Assembly: GCA_965223505.1 (NCBI GenBank)
Contig: CBDCWP010000030.1
Coordinates: forward strand, 244,860 to 308,859
Direction: 5' to 3'
DNA from: Planctomycetota bacterium
GTDB taxonomy: Bacteria > Planctomycetota > PLA2 > JAEUHO01
DNA length: 64,000 nucleotides
Below the pieces are notes generated by a model. The model saw nothing but the letters and a program-made list of their open reading frames with translations. It was not told the origin of the DNA and searched no databases. Below are positions 42,399-53,756 of this stretch, one piece after another. Position 1 is the first letter of the stretch; every line of letters starts with the position of its first letter. Both the position numbers and the translations under genes were made by a program.

Positions 42399-44558
42399 CT
42401 ACTCGACCTCCCGGCGAATTCGGGCTTTCCATGCGTCCGGCACGACCGAAACCGGAATCGCGACGCCCAGCACCTCGTTGTTGCCCAACGTCGCCGCCGC
42501 GACGCCGATCAGACGGGCCTGCGCGTCGATGACGGACCCGCCGCTGTGGCCCATGCCGATCCAGGCGTCGGTCTTGATCCAGCGCAGCGCGCTGTTCTTG
42601 CGCTCCAGCCCGGCCACCGAGCCGCGCGTCAGGATGACCGGCGTGCGGCTGCGGTCGGAGCCCTCGGCCGGATACCCGAGCACCCACAACGGATCGCCGA
42701 GGTGCAGGCCCGCCGAGGCGCCCATGCGAACCCAGGGCAACGCAAGTCCCCGGGGGATCTTGCGTTCGAACACGTCAGTCGTCAGCTCGAGCAGCGCGAG
42801 GTCCTTGGCCTTGTCTTCCTCGACGACGCGGGCGAAGAAGGCCTGGGTCGGCGGCGCGTCGAGCCTCGTCGGAAACGCGACGAGAATGCGCCGGCGTTGG
42901 ATCATGCCGTCACGCCGGCGGGGGTCGAGCACATGGCGGCACGTGAGGATCAAGCCGCGCGGCGAGACGCAGGCGCCACTCCCGCCGGCATCGCCCGCGA
43001 CGGTGAGCTCGACCGTCGCCGCCGCGACGCGCTCGCGATCGTTGAGTCCTTCGAGCGACATGACCGGCGGCCACACCAGGTCCTTCGGCAACGCGGGCGG
43101 GCCGTTGAAGCTGAGTGCCAAGCGGTACCGCACCTCGTCGCGGTGCGCGCCGCGGTTCAGAACGCCCAGCACGAACCGGCGCGGCGTATCCGGCGGACGC
43201 GCGAAGGTGTGGTCGATGCGCTCGTCGACCCGCGGTGACAGGCCGCGGCGCATGACGCTGCCGTCCGTCCAGCGCGCGACGACGAGGTCGAGCGGCGCCG
43301 TCGCGTTCAGCAGCATGGCGTGCATCGACTTCGTCTTCGCCGGCACACGAATGCTGTACCAGGTGACGCCCACGAGCCCCGACTTGACCGTGCCCCGGAC
43401 CCACGCACCGGGCGCCAGCAGCGGCGGCTCCTTCTCGCCCCACGTGCCGCGGCCCGGCTTCGCGGCGATCGTACGCATGCGCAGCGTGACGGCGACGGGG
43501 CCGCAACCGTCGACCAGGACGACCTCGCAGAAGTACGTGCCGCTCTTGAGGGGCATGGCGCCGCCGACGACGAGCCGTTCCCGCGGCGCGCTCGAGAGCG
43601 CGAAGTAGTCGGCGTCCTCGTCGCCTTTCTGGGGGCGTCCGCCGCGACGGATGTAGAGGTCGATGTCGGCGCCGGCGCTGTTCTCGGCCTGGATCTCGAA
43701 ACCGCGCGTGCGCGGTGCGACCGGGACGCGAACGCGACGAATGACCGGGTTCGACTCGCCGCCGAGCGTGACGACGACCGGTGTCGACTCGCGCAGCACC
43801 GGTTCCGCTACCTGCGGGAGCGCGGCGCCGCGACCGTAGTCCCAGCTCGCGCGTACGCGGAGGCGCGACGGCAGCGCTGCGCCGTCCGTCGCCTTCACGC
43901 TGAGCGTGTACGTGCCCGGCGGGCTCTCGCCGCGCATCAACACGATGTGCTTCGGGCCGCGGCCGCGGCGCAGGTAGCCACCCGGACCCTCGAGCGCGTA
44001 GGCGAACCGCTCGTCCGTGATCTCGTCGATCTCGACGATCAACGATCGTGCGCGCTGCGGGAGAAACGACCGCAGCGCGATCGACTTCGCGTCGTCACGC
44101 GGCGCGACGACCGCCTCGTTGCCGGGGAACACGGAGACGGCGCCGTCCTCGGCGTCGAGCATCGCGACGATCTCGACGTTGGCCGATCGGGACGGTGTTC
44201 GATTCTGGACCGTGACGAACCACGCGCCGGGTTTGATCGGCACGGTCGAGGTCGGCGTCAAGCGCACGATCTCGCGAAACGAGTCGCCGCGGCTGACCGC
44301 GTCCGCCTCCGCGGCGAAGTCGTCCTTCACCGGCTCGCCGAAGCGCAGATACAGGTCGATGTCGGTGTCGGCGCACGCGCCGACGTGCAACGCCACCGTC
44401 CCCGCCGGCACGTCGATCCGCGCCGTCCAGGTGGTGCGACCCTCGAGCATGAGCGTCTGCATCGCGACGGCGTCTCTGAGCGTGCGCGTCTCCGGCTCTT
44501 CGGCGTGGCCGCGAGGGGCGAACGCGAAGAGCGCCGCGAGAAGGAGTCCCGTGCGCAT
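42399..44558 (-). CDS. Secreted trypsin-like serine protease with PPC-like domains (start uncertain, 44558-44606)
   Basis: Signal peptide, repeated 'DIDLY.R.G' PPC motifs, and triad 'LTCRHV', 'DLALL', 'GHSGG'. Confidence 0.82.
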   Translation of the reverse strand: MRTGLLLAALFAFAPRGHAEEPETRTLRDAVAMQTLMLEGRTTWTARIDVPAGTVALHVGACADTDIDLYLRFGEPVKDDFAAEADAVSRGDSFREIVRLTPTSTVPIKPGAWFVTVQNRTPSRSANVEIVAMLDAEDGAVSVFPGNEAVVAPRDDAKSIALRSFLPQRARSLIVEIDEITDERFAYALEGPGGYLRRGRGPKHIVLMRGESPPGTYTLSVKATDGAALPSRLRVRASWDYGRGAALPQVAEPVLRESTPVVVTLGGESNPVIRRVRVPVAPRTRGFEIQAENSAGADIDLYIRRGGRPQKGDEDADYFALSSAPRERLVVGGAMPLKSGTYFCEVVLVDGCGPVAVTLRMRTIAAKPGRGTWGEKEPPLLAPGAWVRGTVKSGLVGVTWYSIRVPAKTKSMHAMLLNATAPLDLVVARWTDGSVMRRGLSPRVDERIDHTFARPPDTPRRFVLGVLNRGAHRDEVRYRLALSFNGPPALPKDLVWPPVMSLEGLNDRERVAAATVELTVAGDAGGSGACVSPRGLILTCRHVLDPRRRDGMIQRRRILVAFPTRLDAPPTQAFFARVVEEDKAKDLALLELTTDVFERKIPRGLALPWVRMGASAGLHLGDPLWVLGYPAEGSDRSRTPVILTRGSVAGLERKNSALRWIKTDAWIGMGHSGGSVIDAQARLIGVAAATLGNNEVLGVAIPVSVVPDAWKARIRREVE

Positions 44559-44650
44559 GGCGTTCGCCGTCGACATCGGGCTCATGGTACGGAGGCGTTC
44601 CTCCATGCACGAACGCAGGCTGCGCGCAATCGCGGCTACCTTGGTGCCAG

Positions 44651-45661
44651 ATGACGCGGCTCGTCCCGGCCTTCCTGCTGCTTCTCATGCTCCACGCGCC
44701 GGCGCTCGCCGAACCGGCGCCCGTCGTCGGCCGGGAGGCGCCCGCGTGGAGCGGGGTCACGTGGTTGAACCGCAAGGAGGGGCCCGACCCGAGCCGGCTG
44801 CGCGGCCGGATCGCATACCTGTTCCTCTTCGAGACCGTCGCGACGTTCGAGGCGCACCGAACGGGCCTCGAGCGAGTGCGGGCGCACTTCGCGCCCTCCC
44901 GGGACGTGTTCGTCGTCGCCGTGCACACGCCCCGCGCCGCGTCCGACGCCACCGATGCCTCGCGCGCGCGGTTGAAAGCGCTCGCCGGGGCGTTCCCGCT
45001 CGGGCAGGACGCCCGGGAGGGAGCCCCGCTTCGGACGGCCCACGGCGCGAGCGGCCTCGCGTGGGACGTGCTCATCGATCGCGGGGGCATCGTGCGCCGG
45101 TGCGCCGCTACGGACACCGACATCGTGCCGATCGTGACGCGGCTCTGGAAGACCGGCGGCTTCGCGTCGCCGCTCGTCGGCACGCGTTTCGGCGCGCTCG
45201 GCGGCATGCGCTGGCCCGGCGGCGAGGCGGTTCGATTCGCCGACCACGAGCTGACGATCTTGCGCTGGTGGACCAACGGGTGTCCGCACTGCACGGCCAG
45301 CGTGCCCGCGCTCGCGACGACGTGGCGCAGCCACCGTGATGCCGGACTGCACATGGTCGCGGTGTATCACCCGAAGGGACGGCGGCTTCGCGACGCGACC
45401 GTGCCGACCTACCTGGAGCGGCTGAACTACGACGGCGCGTACGCGTTCGACGATCGCTGGGCGAAGCTGCGCGACCTGATGCGGCGCGCGGGCTTCAAGC
45501 GCGCGACGAGCGTGAGCTTCGCCGTCGACCGTCGGGGCATCGTGCGGTGGGCGCATCCGGGCCCGCGCGTTCACCCCTCGCGGGAGCGGCGCTATCGCGA
45601 CGTGGACCGCAGCTATCGCGAGCTCGACGCGTTCGTACGCGCGTGGTTGACGAAGAGCTAG
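44651..45661 (+). CDS. Secreted tandem thioredoxin/redoxin-like protein
   Basis: Signal peptide. The second domain has 'WWTNGCPHC'; the first lacks CxxC. Confidence 0.75.
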   Translation: MTRLVPAFLLLLMLHAPALAEPAPVVGREAPAWSGVTWLNRKEGPDPSRLRGRIAYLFLFETVATFEAHRTGLERVRAHFAPSRDVFVVAVHTPRAASDATDASRARLKALAGAFPLGQDAREGAPLRTAHGASGLAWDVLIDRGGIVRRCAATDTDIVPIVTRLWKTGGFASPLVGTRFGALGGMRWPGGEAVRFADHELTILRWWTNGCPHCTASVPALATTWRSHRDAGLHMVAVYHPKGRRLRDATVPTYLERLNYDGAYAFDDRWAKLRDLMRRAGFKRATSVSFAVDRRGIVRWAHPGPRVHPSRERRYRDVDRSYRELDAFVRAWLTKS

Positions 45662-47143
45662 CGACCGTCTTCTTGTAGCTGTCGCAGCATGGCCGAGATG
45701 ATCCGCTTCGAGCCGCGCACCTCCATGCGCACCACCTGCGGCTTCTTCACCTTGAAGCGCATCGAGGGACCCATGCCGGACACCTGCCCGAGCGCGTAGC
45801 CGCTCGTCGGGCGCGAGCCGACGGTCTTGCCCTCGAGCGTGCGAACGCGCATGGCCATGCCCTGCAGCGGCGCGCCGATGCCGACGAACACGTAGGTCAT
45901 GTTCGGAACGACGATGCCGAGTCCCACGACCTCCCACTTGCTCGTGCAGCGCGAACGCACGGTCGGATCGCTCGCGGTGCCCATGTGGACCGGCGCCTCG
46001 CCGAGGTCCGCGAGGGCATACAGCTCGATCCGCGCCTGATCGCCGCCGGGCACGCCGCGCCCGTGGCCGAAGCGATAGATGCCCGGTTGGAACGGACGGA
46101 ACGACTGGAAGTTGCCGTAGCCGGGCGCGCGCCCGCGCGCGACGTCGCCGTAGCCGTTCTTCTCCGCGTCGATCCAGCGGTCGCGGATGATGGCCTGCAC
46201 CGGTTGCTGGGCGCCGAGGTCCGGAACGCTGGGCGGGACCCAGAGCACGGCCATGTCGCCGGCATCCAGGCGAAACGTCGCCGGCTTGCCCGGAACGAGC
46301 GCGCGCTCGATCTTCGGCATGGGCTCGAGCTCGGTCGGAACGACGGCGGCGTCCGCGGGAAGCTCGTTGAGGCGCACGCCGTAGGTGCCGCCGCTGCTCC
46401 ACACGCCCGTCACCTCGAGCTGGACACGGCCGAGCTTGCGCTGCGACAGGGGAATGACGTTTCCTTCGTCGTCGATCTCGGCGGGCTTCGGCACGCGGAA
46501 GCGGACGGGCGGAAACTTCATCCACGCCTGTTTCCACGCGTTCGAGTCGCCGAGAACCTGCTTGCCGCCGAGCAGCACCCGCAGGCGCACGCTGCCCGCG
46601 CTGCCCTTCGTCGTCGACACCTCGTACGGGACGCCCGGCTTCACGAAGAGATCCCATTCGTTGCTCTCGCGCAGCAGGAGCTCCCCCACCTTCGGGCTCG
46701 TCGCATCGGGCTCGAGGAACCGGAAGTGCGGCTTCGACTTCTCGCCGGCGGGACCGATCGTCTCGAACTTGATCTTGGCGCGGCCGACTTGCGCCGAGAA
46801 GCCCATGACGCGCACGGCCATGTTCATGTCGCGCTGCGCATCCCACTCGTGAACGGCGTCGACGCCGGACTGCCCCGCGTCGATGCGATGCTGAGCGATC
46901 GCGTCACCGACGGGCGCGATCTCCATGATGGGCCGTGCGAGCGAACCGGGCTGGGCCGTCAGGCGATAGCGACAGCCGGCGAAGACGTCGAAACGAAACG
47001 CCTGATAGCTGCCGGCGGCGGAGATCTTGAACGACCGCCAGCTGCCGTTCGCCTTCAGCACCTTGGGACGCGGGGCCCGACCAGGCAGGCGATACGGCGA
47101 GCAGCAGCGCGACGACGGCCGCAAGACGCGCGACACGGGCCAA
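45658..47143 (-). CDS. Hypothetical secreted beta-rich protein; apparent 1-nt frameshift at about 47072-47075
   Basis: The signal peptide 'LARVARLAAVVALLLAVSPAWS' is in a different frame from the body 'PRPKVLKANGSW...'. Removing one base from the G4 run joins them. Confidence 0.6.
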
Positions 47144-47173
47144 TTGCCGCGCCGCCGGGTACGGTGCGCGGCC

Positions 47174-47582
47174 ATGGAATCCGACGTTGATCAGCCGATC
47201 GTGCATGCCTTGTTGATCTGTCGCGACGTCGCGACGGGCGAAGGGGGTGAGATCTCCCTTCAAAACGTCGTCGAGATCGTGCCGGTCGACTCCTTTCCGG
47301 GCGGAGATCGGCCCACTGAACTTCGTGGCTTTCGTCCGGAATCTGCCACCGGGCCCCGGCCAGGGCGCGTTCGTGCTTCGAACGCCGGGAAGCGAGGAAT
47401 CGCTGGGACGGCTGCCGCTGGACGTGACCATCCCCCAAGGCTACGGCGGCCGCCAGGTCGCGCTCCAGGTCCGGGTCCCGGCGCTGCCGGTCAAGAGCGG
47501 CGGGTGGTTCCAGGTGATGTTCGAGTGGAACGGATCGATTCTGGCGGTCAATCAGTTCGCGGTCGGGGCGTCCGGAGCCTAG
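47174..47582 (+). CDS. Hypothetical protein; apparent 1-nt frameshift at about 47299-47301
   Basis: 'MESDVDQPIVHALLICRDV...VDSFP' continues as 'AEIGPLNFVAFVRN...' if one G is removed. Confidence 0.65.
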
Positions 47583-47598
47583 CGAACGGGGGGCCGCC

Positions 47599-48453
47599 CT
47601 ACGCCGCCCCCGCCACGAAGCGTCCCTTCTCGTCCCGCGCGACCTTCGCCAGCGCCACCTCGGGGTCGTGCGTGAAGAACACCAGGCCGTCGCGGCCGAG
47701 CAGGTCCGTCAACAGCTCGCGCTTCTCGTCGATCAGCATCTCCGGAAAGCGGTCGTACCCCATCGTGATCGGCAGGTGCATCCACGGCCGGCCGGGAATG
47801 AGATCGCCCACGAACACGACGGGCCCTACGTCGGCATCGACCTCGGTCATCAGCAACCCCGGCGTGTGCCCCTGGCTGTAGTGGAAGCGGTAGCCCGCGC
47901 CGAGCACCTCGCTCGATGCGCCCGCGACGATCTCGAGTCGACCGGACGCCTCCAGAAGCTCCTGGATCTCGGGAATGAACGATGCGCGGTCGCGCGGATG
48001 GGGATTCACGGCGCGCTCCCAGGCCTGCTCGCCGACGACGAATCGCGCGTTCGGGAACAGCAACCTCGGCTCTTCGCCCTCTTGCCAGCGTGTCAACAGA
48101 CCGCCCGCGTGATCGAAGTGCAGATGCGAAAGGACGACCACGTCGATCGCGCCGTCGTCGAGCCCATGCGCCGCGAGGCTCGCCAACAGCACGTGCTCGT
48201 CCTCGACGACGCCGTAGCGCGACCTGAGCTTCGGCTCGAAGAAGGCGCCGATGCCCGTCTCGAACAGCACGCGCCGATGGACGTCGCCGCCTTCGCGTTC
48301 CTCCACCAACATCGCCCGGCAGGCCAGCTCGATGCGGCCTTGATCGTCGGTGGGCGACCAGCGCTCCCACACGACACGAGGGCAGTTGCCGTACATGGAG
48401 CCGCCGTCGAGCTTCTGGCTGTTGCCGAGGACGGGCGTGATCGTGCGGTCCAT
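47599..48453 (-). CDS. MBL-fold metallo-hydrolase (YtnP-like)
   Basis: Motifs 'LDGGSMYG', '[10 protein letters not shown]', 'GHTPG' and 'THDP'. Confidence 0.9.
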   Translation of the reverse strand: MDRTITPVLGNSQKLDGGSMYGNCPRVVWERWSPTDDQGRIELACRAMLVEEREGGDVHRRVLFETGIGAFFEPKLRSRYGVVEDEHVLLASLAAHGLDDGAIDVVVLSHLHFDHAGGLLTRWQEGEEPRLLFPNARFVVGEQAWERAVNPHPRDRASFIPEIQELLEASGRLEIVAGASSEVLGAGYRFHYSQGHTPGLLMTEVDADVGPVVFVGDLIPGRPWMHLPITMGYDRFPEMLIDEKRELLTDLLGRDGLVFFTHDPEVALAKVARDEKGRFVAGAA

Positions 48454-48516
48454 ATCGGCAGCATACGCAAAGGCGGGGGTGATTCCGAACAGGTGGCACG
48501 GGTAGGGTTTCGCCCC

Positions 48517-50025
48517 ATGAGGGTGCGCCTCCACAGCTTGATCTTCATCTGCATGGCCGCGGGCATCGCCGTAGGCATCCCCCTGTCGCTCACGAACGGG
48601 CCGCACGACGCGGACGGCGACGGCTGGGTCACGGAGAAGGAGTGGATCGAAGCAGATCAGGATCCCGAAGCGTTCGCCGCGGAAGACGCGGACGGCGACG
48701 GCCGCATCGACGTCAACGGCTATGCGGACACGCTCACGTGGTTCGACTTCTTCGGGAAGATCGTCTTCATCGGCCTGCTGAAGATGATCATCGCGCCGCT
48801 GATCCTGGTCAGCATCGTCGCCGGCATCACGAGCATCCCCTCGTTCGGCGAGGCCGGGCGCATCGGCTGGAAGGCCGCGGCGTACTACGTCGGCACCACG
48901 ACCGTGGCGGCTGCGATCGGCCTGATGCTCGTGCTCACCGTGCAACCCGGCAACCGCGGCGCGTCGCAGGACATGCGCGACAAGCGCGCGAAGAAGATCG
49001 CGAGCGTCAAGCTGGACTACGAGCAAGAGACCGGCAGGGATGCCGACGCCGACGAGAACTACAACGAGTGGATCGAGTATCTCACCAAGCGGGAAGGCGA
49101 AGCCGGCGGCGAGAAGTACCAGCGGGTGGCGTCGAAAAAGGACCGCGGCACTTACGACATGTTCGTCGACGACATCGTCAAGCCGATGATCGCCAACCCG
49201 TTTCACTCTCTGACGACGCGCAGCAGCCTCGGCATCATCTTCTTCGCGATCGTCCTGGCGTTGGCGTGCATGGCGGTCGGCGCGCCCGCGCGACCGCTGA
49301 TCGACCTGTTCCAGGCGGCCAACCAGGTGGTGTTGCGCATCACGATGTGGCTGATGTCGATCTCCGCGTTCGCGATCTTCTGCTTGATGGGCGCCATCGT
49401 GGCTCGACATGGGCCGACGGTGTTCGAGACCCTGGGCTGGTATTGCGGCACCGTCATCGGCGGGATCCTGATCCACGTGTGCGTGTTGCTGCTGATCTGC
49501 CGGGTGTTCGGACGGATGTCGCCGATCAAGTTCCTGCGCGGCATGCGCGAAGCGTGGGCCATCGCGTTCGCCACGCGCTCGAGCGCCGCGACGCTGCCGG
49601 TCACGGTTCGCTGCGTGACGGACAAGCTCGGCGTGTCACCGAAGGTCGCGAACTTCACGTTGCCGGTGGGCGCGACCATGAACATGGACGGAACGGCGCT
49701 GTACGAAGGCGTCGCCGTGATCTTCCTGATCCAGATCTTCGGCGGGATGGAAGACGTGGGGATCACGTTGACCACCGCGGCGGTGCTGGTGATCTTCATC
49801 ACGGCCGTGCTGGCGTCGGTCGGCGCGGCGGCCGTGCCGGACGCGGGATTGGTGACGATGGTGCTGGTGGCGACCGCGGTGCACCTGCCGGTCTACTACC
49901 TGCCCTTCATCTTCGCCGTGGACGCGTTCCTCGACATGTTCCGAACGTCCACCAACATCATGGGCGATGCCATCGGCGCGGTGGTTGTGGACCGTCTGGA
50001 GGGCAAGTCGGACGGACCGGGATGA
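48517..50025 (+). CDS. Dicarboxylate/amino acid:cation (DAACS/GltP) symporter with EF-hand-like insert
   Basis: Motifs '[10 protein letters not shown]', 'TRSSAATLP', '[12 protein letters not shown]' and '[12 protein letters not shown]'. Confidence 0.92.
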   Translation: MRVRLHSLIFICMAAGIAVGIPLSLTNGPHDADGDGWVTEKEWIEADQDPEAFAAEDADGDGRIDVNGYADTLTWFDFFGKIVFIGLLKMIIAPLILVSIVAGITSIPSFGEAGRIGWKAAAYYVGTTTVAAAIGLMLVLTVQPGNRGASQDMRDKRAKKIASVKLDYEQETGRDADADENYNEWIEYLTKREGEAGGEKYQRVASKKDRGTYDMFVDDIVKPMIANPFHSLTTRSSLGIIFFAIVLALACMAVGAPARPLIDLFQAANQVVLRITMWLMSISAFAIFCLMGAIVARHGPTVFETLGWYCGTVIGGILIHVCVLLLICRVFGRMSPIKFLRGMREAWAIAFATRSSAATLPVTVRCVTDKLGVSPKVANFTLPVGATMNMDGTALYEGVAVIFLIQIFGGMEDVGITLTTAAVLVIFITAVLASVGAAAVPDAGLVTMVLVATAVHLPVYYLPFIFAVDAFLDMFRTSTNIMGDAIGAVVVDRLEGKSDGPG

Positions 50026-50154
50026 GCCGGCCACCACGGCCGCCCACAGGCCGTTCGGCCCCGTCACATCGCCCCGATCCGGGCCCCTGATCCCCGTTTG
50101 GCCCGGCGTTCGCGCTAGGCTGGTCAGACTCCAGATCTGTCCGGCAGACGGATT

Positions 50155-52071
50155 GTGAGGTTTCGATGTCGGAAGATCCTGTCATTCAGCGTCGCCCTGC
50201 TCGGACTGATGCTCCTGGGGCCCGCCCTCGCCTCCGCCAACGAGGGCCGTCGCGTCGGCGGCGCCCGTCGCGCCCCGGTGCGCGCCGCCCCGCCGAGGGC
50301 CCGCGCGCCACGCCCCGCCCCCGTTCGCCGTGCGGCCCCGGTCCGACGCGCCGCGCCGCAGCCGGCCCGTCGCGCGCCCACGCCGGCGCGCACGCTCCGA
50401 ACGCAACCCGTTGCCCGGCCTACGGTTCGGACGACGAAGCCTTCGACCTTCCGGCCCGCCGCCCCGGCGGCCTCGCGCCGTCGTGCGGCCCCCAACGTCC
50501 GCCGGGCTGCGCCCGCGCCTCGGCCGACCCCGAGCGTCACCACCCCGACTGCGCCCCGCCGCGCCCAGCCGCGCTCGGCCGCCGACATCGCTCGCCAACG
50601 CGCCTCGCTCGAGCGGCTGCGCGTCTTGAGCGGCGGATCGAAGGTGTCACGGACGACCCCCACGCCCCGAGCGACCGGCGTCCGCCGGGGGACAGCACCG
50701 TCCTCCTCTGGGGACACGCGCCGTCGCGGTCGCCCGTTCGCCAGCTACCCCGACCTGGGCAATCCGTCCCGGACGACCCCGGCGGTCACATCGGGCTCGC
50801 GCACGCTGACGCGCGCGCCCCGAACGGGCGTGAAGAGCGGCACCCCGCGGGCGAGCTCGCTCGAGGCCCTGGCGCTCCAGCGACAGGGCTCGCGACGCAC
50901 CCGGACGACGGGCATCCGCAACCGCGCGACGGCACCCAACGCGCCGACGCCGCGTCGCGGCCGCGGCAACGTCTTCCAGCCGAACCCGGCCATCGGCGGC
51001 GGCGCGCAACCTGCCGTCGCGCCCGGCAATCGCACGTCCGGCGCCGGCATTCGCGGCAACGTCTTCCAGCCCAATCCCGCCGTCGGCGGCGGAACGCGCC
51101 GGGCGGGCCCCGGCGGCCGCGCCATGCGCGGCAACGCGTTCCAGCCCAACCCGGCCATCGGCAGCGCCGGAACGCGACGCGCCGGTCCGGGCGGCCGTGT
51201 CGTGCGCGGCAACGCCTTCCAGTCCAACCCGGCCATCCCGGTCGCCTCGTCGCGCATCGGCACGACGCGTGTCCGCCACCGTCATGGTCACCATCACGGC
51301 AAGCTGCACCACTACGCGCACTCGCGCCGCCGGCACCTGCACCACCACGGTCACCACCTGCACTTCACGCCGTACATCGACTGGCACTTCTGGTGGGCCC
51401 GTCATCACAACCACTACGTGACGTCGACCATCTATGTCGAGCCGTACCCGGTGGTCGAGTACTACGAGCCGTACGACCCGTTCCTGCCGCTCGTCGAGGA
51501 AGAGTACGTCGAGGAGTACATTCCTGCGGAGCCGCTCGAAGGCGAGTCTGAAGAGCTCGTGGTGCCCCCGGCGAAGCCCGAGGACCTGGGCATCCACCCC
51601 GAGTTCGAAGCCGGCCTCGACGACTTCCTGGTCGGGAAGTACGACGACGCGCGCAAGCACTTCAACCGGGTGCTCGCAGAGGAGCCGGAGAACGCCGAGG
51701 CGTGGCTGGCGTGGCTGCACGTCGGCTTCGCGCTCGGGCGCTTCGACGACGCGGCCAACGGCCTGGCGCACGCGGCCGAGCTCGGCGCCTTCCCGCGCGG
51801 CTACCGCTTCGATCCGAGCCCGCTCTACCCGGAGCTGAAGAACTTCGAGAAGGCGTACGAGCGCCTCGAGAAGCGCGTGAAGGACGCGCCGCGCGACATG
51901 GACGCGCGCCTGGTGCTCACGTACTTCCAGCTCTCGTTCGGCGACAAGGTCGCGGCCTACGCGAACATCGAGCGCGTCCTGCTGCTGCGCCCGAAGGATC
52001 CGACGGCGCCGGTGCTCGCGATGGCGCTGCTGCCGCCGGAGGAGCCGGAGGCGCAGGCACCCGCCAAGTAG
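50155..52071 (+). CDS. Secreted low-complexity Arg/Pro-rich, His-rich protein with C-terminal TPRs
   Basis: Signal peptide, four RGNxFQxNPA repeats, a His cluster, and TPR-like 'GKYDDARKHFNRVLAEEPENAEAW'. Confidence 0.78.
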   Translation: MRFRCRKILSFSVALLGLMLLGPALASANEGRRVGGARRAPVRAAPPRARAPRPAPVRRAAPVRRAAPQPARRAPTPARTLRTQPVARPTVRTTKPSTFRPAAPAASRRRAAPNVRRAAPAPRPTPSVTTPTAPRRAQPRSAADIARQRASLERLRVLSGGSKVSRTTPTPRATGVRRGTAPSSSGDTRRRGRPFASYPDLGNPSRTTPAVTSGSRTLTRAPRTGVKSGTPRASSLEALALQRQGSRRTRTTGIRNRATAPNAPTPRRGRGNVFQPNPAIGGGAQPAVAPGNRTSGAGIRGNVFQPNPAVGGGTRRAGPGGRAMRGNAFQPNPAIGSAGTRRAGPGGRVVRGNAFQSNPAIPVASSRIGTTRVRHRHGHHHGKLHHYAHSRRRHLHHHGHHLHFTPYIDWHFWWARHHNHYVTSTIYVEPYPVVEYYEPYDPFLPLVEEEYVEEYIPAEPLEGESEELVVPPAKPEDLGIHPEFEAGLDDFLVGKYDDARKHFNRVLAEEPENAEAWLAWLHVGFALGRFDDAANGLAHAAELGAFPRGYRFDPSPLYPELKNFEKAYERLEKRVKDAPRDMDARLVLTYFQLSFGDKVAAYANIERVLLLRPKDPTAPVLAMALLPPEEPEAQAPAK

Positions 52072-52090
52072 CGACGCCCGAGAAACGAAC

Positions 52091-52125
52091 GAGGGCCCGC
52101 GGCGCCGGACGCGCCGCGGGCCCTC
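52091..52125. terminator. Hairpin between convergent genes (putative bidirectional terminator)
   Basis: GAGGGCCCGCGGCGC-CGGAC-GCGCCGCGGGCCCTC, a perfect 15-bp stem. Confidence 0.65.
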
Positions 52126-52149
52126 TTCCAATTGCGGACGAAGCGCTCG

Positions 52150-52596
52150 CTACTGCGGGCGATGCGCGGTGTGACAGTCGTCACAGGTCTTCTGCACGGC
52201 CTGCAGCTCGGTGGCGCACTTGTCGAGCTTCTTGAAGGCGAGGGCCTTGCGCAGGTCCGCGGCCGCATCGCGGAACGCGGCGGACTTGGCCTTCCAGCTC
52301 GCCGCATCGCCCTGGGTGGGCTCCCAGCGCATGAGCAGATTGCCCATCTCGGCCATGACGATGGCGCGCGACTGGTTGATCTTCCAGCCGGCGTCGCCCT
52401 TCTCGGGGTTCGAGGCGACGAACTTCTTGATCATGCCGTAGAAGCCGTGCTCCTCGTGGTTGATGGCGTTCATGACGTCCTTGACGCGGGCGACCTGCTT
52501 CTCTTCGACGTCGGCGTCGGTGTTGACCGCGAACAGGGCGGCGCTCAGGCCGATGACCAGGGCGGCGAGGCCGAGGCGGTAGATCGTGGTGCGCAT
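52150..52596 (-). CDS. Class II-like (cytochrome c') c-type cytochrome
   Basis: Signal peptide, helical body and C-terminal CxxCH 'CDDCH'. Confidence 0.85.
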   Translation of the reverse strand: MRTTIYRLGLAALVIGLSAALFAVNTDADVEEKQVARVKDVMNAINHEEHGFYGMIKKFVASNPEKGDAGWKINQSRAIVMAEMGNLLMRWEPTQGDAASWKAKSAAFRDAAADLRKALAFKKLDKCATELQAVQKTCDDCHTAHRPQ

Positions 52597-52971
52597 GGCT
52601 GATGGTTCTCCGTACTGAATGGGCTGGCGAATCCCCGGATCGCCGGATGTCCCTCGGGGGCGAGGCCAGATGCTCACGGCAGATGCAGGGGGAATCAAGT
52701 CCTGGGGTTCGGGGTGGGTCTCGTCCCCGATCCCACGCCCGTCCCAACCCCATTCCCCATCCGAATCTCCCCATCCCGAGCCCGACTCCGATCCCGGACC
52801 CGCACCCGATCCCGATCCCGATCCGGGAGCCCGGCCCCGGGCTCGCGTGCAAACGCTCCGAACGCAAGCGCAGCCCCGGTCTCGATCCCTGCCGAAGCCC
52901 CGCGCCAACCCGGCCGATTGCATGAGGTAGGTAGGCGGGCACTGTCCCCACGGCCGGGGAAGGTAGAGCAC

Positions 52972-53649
52972 ATGTCGAAGCGACGACGCAACAGACGCGG
53001 AAAGCGCCGAGGATCGGCCGCCGCGACCAAGGATCGGATCGTGCCCTGGCGCGAGCGCGTGCGGACTCTGCAGGCGCGGCTGCGCGCGTTCGGCCGCGAG
53101 CACCACGCGGAGATGATCGCCGCCCGGCTGGAAGCACGCTTCGGCAACCCGCCGGTCGCGGAGCACGAGGCCGACATCGAGCGCGCGATCGACGACCTGC
53201 TGGCGGAGCCGGCGTCGGCCGGCCCCGACCGCTCGATCGTGCGCGCGTTCAGCGAGGACGCGCCGGACCTGGACGTCCAGGATCGCAACGAGGTGCTGCG
53301 CTGGGAGTCCGAGCGGCGGCGCGGGGTGTTCCTGATGCAACGCTGCCACCGCGACCGCATGGAGGTGTGGGATCCGCTGGAGGGCGCGGGCTTGACGCTG
53401 CACCTGCTCGAACGAATGCCGGGCGCCCGTTCGTCGGAGGTTCGCCCCGGCACCGTCGTGACGACTGAATACTTGCCCTACATGGCCCGACTAATTGCAG
53501 TGGGCTTCATCGAGATGTATGGCGATGAGCGCGCACTGAAGCTTTACCGGGACGAGGTGCGCAACAGCGGCGCCACCTGGCACGCTCCGCCGCCCGTTGC
53601 CCCCGCGTCGGCTCCCCGATCCGCTGCGCCGGGACCGCGGCGGACCTAG
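52972..53649 (+). CDS. Hypothetical protein
   Basis: Basic N-terminus MSKRRRNRRGK and typical codon usage. Confidence 0.6.
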   Translation: MSKRRRNRRGKRRGSAAATKDRIVPWRERVRTLQARLRAFGREHHAEMIAARLEARFGNPPVAEHEADIERAIDDLLAEPASAGPDRSIVRAFSEDAPDLDVQDRNEVLRWESERRRGVFLMQRCHRDRMEVWDPLEGAGLTLHLLERMPGARSSEVRPGTVVTTEYLPYMARLIAVGFIEMYGDERALKLYRDEVRNSGATWHAPPPVAPASAPRSAAPGPRRT

Positions 53650-53756
53650 ATCCCGGATCCGGGCCCGCCGGGCGCCTCGATGCGCCTCGATGCACCGCGA
53701 CGCCGTTCCAGTCGGAGGCGTCGGGATAATCACGGCAAGTCCGCGGAGGTCGACGG

